DNA of 64,000 bases. Origin: Cycas panzhihuaensis. Taxonomy: Eukaryota > Plantae > Cycadophyta. The DNA is taken from the NCBI GenBank assembly GCA_023213395.1, contig CM041465.1, forward strand, positions 73,291,741-73,355,740, written 5' to 3'. A program made the position numbers and the translations under genes. This document shows positions 28,294 to 38,844 of the stretch, piece by piece (within the stretch, counting starts at the first letter, position 1; every line of letters starts with the position of its first letter). Under the pieces are notes generated by a model, which searched no databases, was not told the origin of the DNA, and worked only from the letters and a program-made list of their open reading frames with translations.

Positions 28294-29824
28294 AAACCCC
28301 GAGGTGTTAGTGAAGACCACCCAAGTGTGTAACAGAATAGCTCATACAATAGACAGCAAAAGAGCACAAAAGTACTTTTCCTTAAGAAAAGGAAATAATA
28401 ATTAGTATCTATTATAAGTAATCTCTAGCCTCTAAAGAGACAAAAGAGGGTCTCTCTTTAGCAATCCTATTAATGGCCCTAATGGTCTTACATATCATTA
28501 GTGGCCCTAATGACCTTATATATCATTAGAGGGCTTAGCAGCCTACGCATAAAACTTAATAGTTAACATCAATACTTAACCCTTGATGGTTTCTCCATAT
28601 TAGTGCCTCTTCTGGTTAAGAAGATGGGATTATGTTACACTTTGAGTAAGAGACTAGAAAAGATTCTATAGATTTACTATGCTACAAACCTACAAAATAT
28701 TTTTTCTATTCAAAAAAATGAAAAAAAACATTAATTTTTATGTATTTTCTCTGTTACATATACAAAATACACCTCAAAAATTTTCTAAAAAATAAATTTG
28801 TTGATTTTTAACCCTTAATATTATATCTGAGATAGAAAAGATAGAGTAAACAAAGCAAAAAACAACCTTAGATCACTTTCAAAGTGTGAAGGTCATCATT
28901 AAGGGTTTGGTGTACTTCCTCAAGCCTACAAATAGTAAATACTCTTCTCCACTATACTTTGAAACCAAATGTTGAAGGTGGAATATGCTTTGATACCATG
29001 AAAACAACATAAGATCTCTTAGAGAGGGAGTGTGCTAAGAGATTAAGAAAATTAACATCAAATTAATAGCACTAAATGGACAAATAAGTAAGCAAATATA
29101 AACTCAAGCATATGAAGATAATAGAGATGGAAGAGTAAGAATTGTTCCTATCTCTAAATAATAATATTAACTGGTATTCAAATGAGAAACATAACAATAC
29201 AATATCTTGCTTTCATTGTACTCTACATGAGAAATGATCTCAATATATAGAGAAGAAGGAGGAATCTTAATAGGTTATATATTTGACACTTGTTAAACAT
29301 GTACGTATTGACCCATATGTATTTACATCTGTAAAAGTGTATGAGAGGTACATTGACACTCAAGTTATAACATCATGTTACTAAAATGAATGTGGGTGTG
29401 TAGTTTATCACATTAGGTAGTAAAGCACCTTTACATAAAGTACATGATATTATAATATAAAGTACATGAATTAACATTTAAATATAAAGGTCTAACAACA
29501 ACTATATTAAGAAATAAATAAATAAACAAGTTAAATCATGAGACATAGATTTATAGTGGGAAAACCAAGTAGGGAAAAACTACTCTCTTTAGTATTAGCC
29601 TATTTATTAATGAACTTGAACTTAATTACATATTTCTTAAATCTCTCTTCAGTGATCTCTTACCCTTAATCCTTTTAGATCTTGGGTACTCATCTCTCCA
29701 CTTAATATAAAGTGCTTGATATCTTTTTATAGAGTTTCCACAACATAATTGACTAATAAGATATCACCTCTTCATTAATCAATCATATAAGGTAATATTA
29801 TATTATCACTTAACATATTCTAAT

Positions 29825-31879
29825 AGTAAGTATATTTATTATTTTATCCATCCATAGCATGGAAAATTGATACTTGCTTGTGATCTTATTGATTGCTCAT
29901 GAATCGACATATATCCTCCACAATCCATCTTTCTTTAAAGTGAGTAATGTAAGAGTAGCACATAGGCTTATACTTTCATAGATTAATCCCTTCTCTATCA
30001 ATTATTAGCTCTATCCATTCCTCTTCTCACTCTCTTACTGACTTAATTTATATGTAGCCTGATTTAATAAACTCAAGTTAAGAATTAAGTCTATTTAGTG
30101 GGTGATACATCTAGTGGATGGAAGTCATGTTGGTACATCTTGTAGTATAATATCCTTATCTTTCTTCAAAAGCTCCTTGACTTTGTATGGCATTTATGCA
30201 TTCTTCTCATTCTCTACCTTCCTCACTACCAAAGTATAAAATACATTAGTAACTTTTACATCCCTCATAAATTGTTTAGTAGATAAGATAATACTTATTG
30301 GTTCTTCCTCCCCCATAGGTGTGATTTTAAATCTTCTTCCATCCTTTGAAATGGTATGTGTATTCTTACCATTATGGATTGCCCTCTTTCAAACTTCCAT
30401 GGTTGATTCAATAGTACATGATAATCATCCATGGGGATAACATCATACTATATTTCATCCTTATACTCATTGATCTTAAATGTAATTAGATACCTCTCTT
30501 TTACTATGCCTTTGCTACCCTTCTTAAATTATAAAATCTTATATGATAACAGATGTTTATAACATGGTAATTTCAACTTTTGCACCATCTCTATAATAAC
30601 CATATTTTCACAATTACTACTATTGATGATATTTTTATAAAGACTATATCTTGACTTGTATTTTATCCTGAAAATGCTCTTTCTTTTCCCCACCTAATTC
30701 TCCCCTAGTTATTTCCCTTCAATAGGCACTAATAATATTTTATCCAACATCAATCTTGCTAAAATTTCAAAAGTAGATGACTCAACCTTCTCCTCTTCCT
30801 ATGTCAAGTTCATCCCTTATTCTTCTTCCTGTGGCTTATCTTCATTCTTTAGGGAACATTCAAATGCTTAGTGACCCTCATGCCCACATCTAAAATATGT
30901 GAAAGTCTTCCTAGGTGGATTGAGTTGTATGTTATAACCTCAGCCTCTTAGTGGCATGCAATCACTAGGGCCTTTACCTTGTGAAGAGGTATAATCGCTT
31001 CCTCTTTATAGAAGACCAGGTTTAAAACCCTCTAATTTCTTGCTTCTAAAATTGCCTTCTCTAGATAACAATTTGACTTTACCTTTACCTTTCTAAATTG
31101 AAAATTTTGCCATTTTAATAATAGATATTTTACTTGCACTATTGGTTAACTTCTCTTATACTCTTGAAACAAATTGATATACCTTCTCTAATGTTTCCAC
31201 TTTGTGTAAAGTAAGTTCAACTTGAATGGGAAAAGTTTGACCATTCGTGTATCTAAAATCTATCTGCTCTTCACCTTTTTCATGCATATCCCTTATTGAT
31301 AGTTTATAGAATTCATCTATGTACCTATATACATTATTTTTTCTTTATCTAAGATTATAAAATTACTTAAATAGACTATCTATAATCTACATGGATAAAA
31401 TTCTCTTTGATGCCATTTTATTCCAAATTTGAATCTTCTATTTATGTTTCTTCTCTCTTCACTTCTACAAGCGCTACCACCATATGATTGCACTATTGTT
31501 TAACCTTATACACACGAATTTCACCCCCTTAGGGTCTTTAATCTCTTCCTACTTGAAACACTTTTCCATAGTGTAAATCCAACCCATTAATTTCTCTAAC
31601 TTTACACTTCCTCTTAAGTTTGAAACCTTCATTTTTGTTGCTCTCTTTTCCTCTTCCAACAATCTAATCAATAATTCTACCACATCAATAGTATTAAAGT
31701 TTAATGTTTATTTGGATCATAATGTATAGTTATGAGCCTCCCCTTTTATTCTTGTATTATTAGTTTATTTTTCTAATTCTCTATAATACAAGAATGGTTA
31801 GTCACTAGGGGTTATACCGCCTTCCTCCCATATATCAATCATAAGGGAATTAATATTCCTTTTAGGTTTGTATATATAC
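29825..31879 (-). pseudogene. CRM-like Gypsy gag-protease-RT start remnant (element F), interrupted by element C
   Basis: Minus strand gives DVIPMDDYHVLLNQPWKFER at ~30385-30450 (compare CRM-type CDVVPMDACHILLGRPWQFDR), a zinc-knuckle-like stretch at ~30860-30900 and the RT N-terminus at ~29830-30000. Confidence 0.7.
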
Positions 31880-34811
31880 TACAGTGATCCTAAATTGGAT
31901 TCATTCCTCAAACACAAAAGAAAGCTAAAATGAAAGTTGAATAAGCACAATTGCCATAGGTACAAAGTGCCAAACAAAATTAGGATTGATCTAAAAACAA
32001 AACTTACATAGCAAAATGGTAGTTTCTCCTATTTATAGGTGCTAATATGGCTCCTTATTAAAAAATTGACATGAATAATAATATTAATAATAAAATACTG
32101 ATTTCTTAATATAAAAATCAAGTTCGTATTAATTTAAAAATATCAACTCCTTAATAATAATAATAAAATTAATTTCTTATGAAATACCAACTCTTCCTTA
32201 ATAAATTAAGATCGCTACAACCAATCCCTCCATCAAGGAATACTTTGCCCATGAAGTATTTGTAATCTTGTTACTTAGAAGTCTAGAGCTTATACCTCCT
32301 CATAGATATATCTTTTATCCTCCACCTATTAAGGTTAGAATATCATAGGCTTTTAGTTCTCCACTATTTTATCTTCTTGAATCAACCAATATATATTATA
32401 TATTATTTATGATAATGCTTTATCTATAACTACTTTTATTTGTGGCTTTATTATTGATCAACCCTTAAACCTGTGTGTTCTAAGGTCTTGCCTCCTGCTT
32501 ACATATTATATTCACTTATAATTGCCTTTAAGGGGAAATTGAGGGAATGCAGGGAAAAGGTGTGGATTATGGAAATGGTCTTAGGGAGGTAGGTTTTAGG
32601 AATAAAAGATAGGGATGTAAGCATGGAATTTTATGTGGGAACTATAGAATATGAGGTGTGGATTTCATGAGGAAAGATATATGTCCATAGATATTAAGGA
32701 TAAGGAATTAAAAAGCATAAGACATAAATGAGTTGTATTATGAGGAGAACTAGGGAGAATCATATATAAAAAATTGAATGGAGAAGGTAATTTATAATAA
32801 ATAGGTTAGGTAAGAAGGAGACAAAAAAATTTATGGATAAAAGGTGATATTATATAGAATAAAGGGTGAATAAATCTATATCTATGAGCAAATTTAGGGT
32901 TTGATGGGGATAAGGGAAACAAGTGGGGAATTAGAGCTAGGCATTCATTATAAAAAAAAGGTTTTGGTAACATAATATAAAGATGATTTATAGAGTAATA
33001 TAAAGGGATAAAAGGAAAATATATATATAATAGTGAGAAGGGTGGTGATAGCAAGAGTGGAGATGTAGAGAGAAAAAGGCAAATACTTTATAAAAGGGGT
33101 GTATAATGATAAAATTAGGAGTTGAATCTTATTAGGAATGGCTCAAAAGATGAGGAATGTGGGGATGGTGATAAGGGAGCTTCCTAGTGAATGGGACATA
33201 AAGGAGAATCTCAAGTGGAATAGGAATTTCATCTACCAAGAGCAGGGAATCTAGGGCTATAAGTTCTAATTTATTTATAGGACTTTGTGGGTTAATTGGG
33301 AAGGGAATTTTCAAGGCTATAGCACTTAGGAAATCAACATAAGTAAGGAAACATCTAAAATAAATGGGTAAATATAAGATATGATTAAAATTTAAAGCAA
33401 GTACCTTTTCATAATCATCTTGTGTCTCATATTTTTACTTGATTTGCTCATTGGTGGGCACTTCTATACTTGACTTATGTGAGTCACTTTTTCCTTCATT
33501 GAATTGCTCCACAATAGGCTCTTTGTTAGATCATTATTTAACCAACTCAAGTGCCTTCTCGCTTACACCCTTCATAAGGCTAGTTTTTCCTTAATTGTGT
33601 TATATACTCTTGATAGGGCTTCTTATTGACCCTTTTTCCTATCTTCTTCTTGTTAATCTTCTACGAGACTTTGAAAATTATCACTAATTTTGCAATCTCT
33701 CCAATGTTCTCCTTGCCACTTCTTGACCCTTTTAATCAAAGTTAACTAAGAAACATCCTAAGAAACCCAACTAACCTAATGTAAAGATGCTTTAATTGCC
33801 CACTCATAAGCCTTTCCATCCAAATATGACATAATAATTAGAAAAAAATCTCCTTTTCACACTTGGTGTGAAATCTTAAGGCATTCTTTAATCTTGTCCA
33901 ACCATTCTAAAAATCATACTTCTCAATCTCTAGTGAAAATTGGGATATCTACCTCTATCATTAGATATCAATTTTAAATAATTATTATTATATTAAATCA
34001 ACTCTAAAATGCATTATATCATACCTCAAAATGATATCCTTTGAATCAAGGTTCCAATATTTTAGACAAAATTGAGTTTTGATACCTATAATAGAAGTTA
34101 CGGCCCTTTTAAAGTGGGTCACAATCATGGTTTTAGGGGACTATAATTGTACCTATTATAAAAATTATAATAATATTTTATTTTGATATCCAATGAATTT
34201 AAAATCACTTCAAACATAAAGTAAATTTCAAGATACATAGAATTAAAAAAGAAAAAATGAGGTCAATCAAATACTTATAGTTAAATTTATAGTCATTTGA
34301 AGTTGTGGTAGGAGATTTTAGGCCTTAAAGATAATGATAGATAATAGGTCAAAACTAAATTTCTTACAATTTCACTTTAAAACCTATAATATAACCACTC
34401 AAAATTTGTAGAACAAGTTTAATCAATTCAAATTCATATTTATTTTTTTATCATTCTTCTATTTATACTTCTGAAAATGTAAATTATTAATACAAAAAAA
34501 TGAAACTCTAATACCACTTGAAGTAATCCTAAATTAGATTTACTTCCTTAAATATAGAAGAAAGTTGAAATGAAAGCTGAATAAGCACAATTTCCATGGC
34601 TACCAAGTGCCAAATAAAATTAGGACTAACCAAAAAATAAAACTTACATAATAAAATGAGGGTTTCCTCGATTTATAAGTGCCAAAATGGCCCCCTATTA
34701 AAAAATTAGCTTTAATAATAATATTAATAATAAAATACCAACTTCTTAACAATAATAAAATCAACTTCTTATAAAATGCTAACTCTTCCTCACTAAATTA
34801 TGATCATTACA
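31880..34811 (-). mobile_element. Non-autonomous ~2.9-kb LTR element G with a gag-like remnant
   Basis: Related LTRs at 31880-32219 and 34519-34811 (atcctaaatt..aataagcacaatt..gatc(g/a)(c/t)taca), PBS ctctaatacca at 34506-34516, PPT-like tract after 32219. Gag-like IEVDIPIFT..FLEWLDKIKEC at ~33880-33960; no RT or integrase seen. Confidence 0.7.
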
Positions 34812-36042
34812 AAATACCAACTCTTCCTTAATAGATTATGATAGATATATATATACACTAATTTTATATATTGTAAAATGGATGTGATTTGTATAAGAAT
34901 GAAATAAAATTTCAAGCCTATTGAAATTATTTTTTTCTAAGTTTAGATAGGTTTATCATTCTTATATTGTATAATCTTGGTTACCCGTTTCTGTAGGGTA
35001 TTTGAGTAATTTAGGTGCAATATAGTTGGTTTTAATGCTTATTGCACATGTCTAGGGTCTATTATAGGCAATTATATTATCATAGAATAACAAATTTATG
35101 CATTTTGATACTTAAAACTTATGCTTTTTAATTTATTTATTAGCTTGAGTTATTTAGATGTTTAGATAAATTTTTAAATACTTTATGTATGGGTCGTTTC
35201 CATTAATGATGCATATTGTAAGATTATTTCAACAGGTTTTCTAGTGATTCAAATGTTGTATTTGAAGCAGAAGCGCTCCCCTTAAGGTTTATTCTCAAAC
35301 ATAAAACTTTGAGTACTGCCAAGCAAACATAATTAGTAAGTTCTTTAAAGGGGATTCACTGCTAAATAGGGTGAAGAAATCTAATTTGATTTCAAGGTAT
35401 AATCAAATTATTAACAAGTTGGAGATACCTGTTTTCTCATACTATTTAATTAATATATTAAAAAAAATCTACACTAATACCTACATGAAAAATAAACATA
35501 TCAATATATAAACCACACTAACATTTGCATACAAGTTTAAATAATATTATTCATAGTAAGAGCTCATTTTTAACTTAAAGGTGTTGTTTCAAAGTCCCAT
35601 GGTTGCACATTAGAGCAACATTCATAGATGCTTTTTAACACTCTTGGAGGCTTTTTTTTTAAAGTGTAAAAATAATGGTCATAGAGTTTAAAATAGTGAG
35701 TTAATCATTGCTAAAAAGTAGAAATATAAATAAAATTTAAGCACTTATTTGAAAGGGTTTATCAACCTATGAATTACCGTAAAAGAACTTTGTTTTAAAA
35801 GGCCACTTAATGGCACCTATTGATTGAAAAATAACACATTAGAATCTAATTTTAAAGGGTTTTAAAATCATAATAAGTAGCTATTCAAAGACTGATACCA
35901 TAGGAGAAAAAATAACATTAAAAAACCATTTTATAGTAAAAAAAAGTTGAAGCTAAAATAATAAGAAAAACACTATTTTTCTTGGTGCAAAAAATCACTT
36001 TTTTAACCACAAAACTATGTTGGGTTTTCTTTAGAAAACCCA

Positions 36043-38680
36043 TGTTAGCATCACCATTTAATATTAAGCCATTTATTAATATTAATATGTGGTATAATTA
36101 TGTGACTAGCGAAAATGTGTGAGTTATTCTGAGAGTCACAACCTTTAAGGGTTGACACCTCTTCGGGGATTATAAATATTTTAGAGTCCATTATATACTC
36201 AAACACTTTAAAATTAATGTAATCAAGAGATCTTTTGTGGTGGGTTTTTTAGCCAAAGGTTTTTTCATGTATATCCTATGTACTGTGCAATTGGTCTCTA
36301 TTTATTCTATTTGATTGTTGTGTATGGTAAAGATTCTATAGTGTGTAAATATGTATGCATTCATTTATGTTTATTAATATGATATTAAAGCTGTAAGGTC
36401 CTATATAGTTAGGATTGGGTGGAGCAATAAGATCATTGGTTGCCATGTAAAACCAACAGAACTTAAGTTTCTTAAAGATTTTCTCTTCTCTAATAACTTG
36501 CAAAGCAAGCATAGTGGTTAATGGTATATGAGGAGGTGAAATTCACTTATTAACAAGGTTAATAGACTGTTTGGGGTCAAAAATCAAATTTGGAATCTCT
36601 TTAGACTAAGTTGGGTTCATTTTGAAGTCATGTAGAGCTGGTTGTGCATGTTGGGTATTGTATAAAGCTAGTTGGGCATGATCTAAAGGTGATTTAATAG
36701 TGTTGGGTATCATTGGACATTATTCAAGTAAGTTGGGCATTGTTTTAAATACATTCAAAATTATTGGGCATTAAAATCAATATTTTATATTTAAAAAATC
36801 ATTACTTCAGTTATAGGTGAGATTGCATCCATGTAAAATAGTTTTATATACATGAAAAGGTTATTAGGAAACATTTAAGGCCATTTGAAGGATTTTTTTT
36901 ATTTTGTGTTGATTGGGGCTAGAGTTGGACAACTTTATGAAGCTTGTGACCTTGTTTTCTCTTCATTCCAAGTGTATGCTACTTGAAAAAGGTCTAATAC
37001 CTACTTGTGTATGTCAGTAATAATATTTAATTATATATTTTAAGCCAAAAGAGGCATTTTGTAAGCAGTAGAAAGATTGTTTTCCCTTGCATAGGTCGCA
37101 ACCCTCATTGAATAGTCACATCCTTTATATCACATGTTTTTAAGTCATAATCACATTTCAAGATGAGCTTCATATATCTTAAGGTTTCTAAACATTAATC
37201 TATCTTAAATATTTGATATTGTGTATTGTATAGCATATGGGTTAAGTCAAAAGGCATATAGGAGTTTTGGATAGCTACCAACCAAGGAATATATTTCCTA
37301 GGAATATTCCTATATAAATTAAAGTTATAACCTTTGTAAAACCATTATGAAAGTAATTTTGAGTCAAATACTTCATGATTTAAAAGATTTCAAAGAGCAT
37401 ATCTGTTAAATTTAGCATCGATTCTGACTTACAAATCCTTTCAACCACTATTGTATTGAAAATTCCAATTTGTTGAAGCATTTTTTGAGGATTCTAAATA
37501 TTTTTAAAAGCTTTTTAAGCAATTGGAGAACCTTTTAAGTCCTACTATTATTGGGTTGATTGTTTGTGAGTAGTTTTTTAGTTTGCATAACTATTAAATT
37601 GAGTGCCCTAGCATATACTCTTGTGAAAAAGGAAAACATCATGAAGTTAGTGATGTCCAAGGGACTATAAGTCTAGTAATTTGGTATTATTGACTCTAAT
37701 TTAAAGCTCGTTTCTTAAGAATGGATAAATTAATGCCTAAAGTCATCTTTAATGGCAATAACTTCAGTGAGTCGAAGGCCAATATGGAGTTAGTACTCAT
37801 GCTAAACAAACTCTAGCACTTACAAAGGCGAAAGCGGGCACACTTCTAATAGATCATAAAGAATATGTTCATCTTCAGGAGAAGTAGTTCATGGTGGTTA
37901 GATTGTTGAAATTATCACTAGCTCCAAACCATAAAGTGATGCTTTATAACCTTGGGTAATTAGATAAAATTTAGGCCAAGTTGTGTGATACATTTGAAAA
38001 GAAAAAGAAAAATAGGCATTTCGCTTTGATGTTGGAGCTTTTCAATTCTAAGATGGAAGATGAGATCAACATAAGTGCTTATCTAAACAAAGTTGCTAAT
38101 TTGAAGAATGAGCTGGAAGACTTAAAACCAAACTCAATTAATGATAAGTTATTGTTTGTGGTGGCTATGTCAAAATTGCCAGCTACATTTTTAACTTTCC
38201 AAACCATCTATAGAAGAGATAAAGTAATAGAGGGTGAAATGTTTGATGGTATTAAAAATATCATTCTAGTTGCAAATGCCAAGCTAAAACATCATGGTAT
38301 GTTTGGTGGTTCTGCTTTGAATAAGGCCTTAGTCATGAAGATAAAAAGAAAAGAGATTATTCAAGAAGAAAGGTCCACACAGAGGATAGGGCATTAATCT
38401 CGAGAAAAGAAGAAATTCATTAGAAAATGTAACTACTACAAAAAGGAAGGGCACTGAGAGAAGAACTACTAATTGAAAAGATGGGACAAACATAAAGCTA
38501 GCCAAGATGATGAGGGGAAGAATGTTGCAGCACATTGTGTCAGAGTTACAACCTTGTCAACCAAGTCAAGTCAAAGAGATTATTAGATTTTAGACTCTCG
38601 AGGTCATAAGTATATCTCTTTTTAGAAGCAGGAATTTGATGCATTGAGTGCAGTCAATGCCAAAGTGTCGTTGTTTATTG
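36043..38680 (+). mobile_element. Truncated Copia relative of element D (5' LTR, leader, gag, start of protease)
   Basis: ORF 37981-38397 (CDTFEKKKKNRHFALMLELFN) is homologous to D gag 18393-18617, with the gag start at ~37721. An LTR-like region at ~36043-36379 resembles the reverse complement of the D LTR and is followed by a degenerate PBS. Confidence 0.75.
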
Positions 38681-38844
38681 CAATGAAAACATACTTGATT
38701 ATCTATTGATTTTCCTCTAATAGATCTTGATTTTCCTCTAATGGACCTTCCTCTCCTTTCCCTTGTATCTATTGATCTTCCTCTAATGGTTCTACCTTTA
38801 TTGTAATCCTATTCTCTAATCATGAGTCTAGAAAGAAATACTTC

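Larger units (their letters stand above)
28034..28334 (-). mobile_element. 301-bp miniature LTR retrotransposon (TRIM/SMART-like), very young
   Basis: Two identical 61-bp TG..CA LTRs (28034-28094, 28274-28334), perfect TSD GAATA (28029-28033 / 28335-28339), 14-nt tRNA-iMet PBS and a PPT. No coding domain; GC- and CpG-rich unlike its surroundings. Confidence 0.97.
21860..28639 (-). mobile_element. Ty3/Gypsy chromovirus E (Reina-like), decayed, nested in B
   Basis: LTRs at 21860-22246 and 27930-28639 (the latter split by the TRIM), degenerate Met PBS ~27916-27927, TSD CTCTG/CTTTG. About 6.5 kb without the TRIM, with ~390-bp LTRs. Confidence 0.85.
10553..29497 (-). mobile_element. Ty1/Copia element B, decayed, with RT/RNase H deletion and two nested insertions
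   Basis: LTRs at 10553-11043 and 28970-29497 (tgttgaaggtgg...ctaaca), PPT at 11044-11056, degenerate PBS ctttgaaacca at 28957-28967. Possible TSD ATAAT/ACAAC (two C/T differences). gag-PR-INT-RT remnants at 11100-14130. Confidence 0.85.
7944..29824 (-). mobile_element. Old non-autonomous LTR element C, the outer host of the nested stack
   Basis: 7990-8137 aligns with 29680-29824 (ccacttaatataaagt...acttaacatatt). A degenerate Met PBS (gttatgatacca, 10431-10442) is followed by TG at 10443. That LTR is split by element B (10443-10552 + 29503-29824). The internal region 8140-10430 has no recognisable coding domain. Confidence 0.6.

Noticed and set aside
28228-28300. Functional tRNA gene or tRNA-derived SINE
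   Set aside because: The acceptor strands do not pair and the anticodon loop is non-canonical. There is no poly-A or simple-repeat tail, and the LTR/PBS/PPT/5-bp TSD structure defines an LTR element.
28024-28320. 98-aa ORF spanning the TRIM, with a repeated VFTNTSGFWCNGLL peptide
   Set aside because: The repeat is just the two LTRs in frame (240-bp period), the start is not ATG, and no domain is recognisable.
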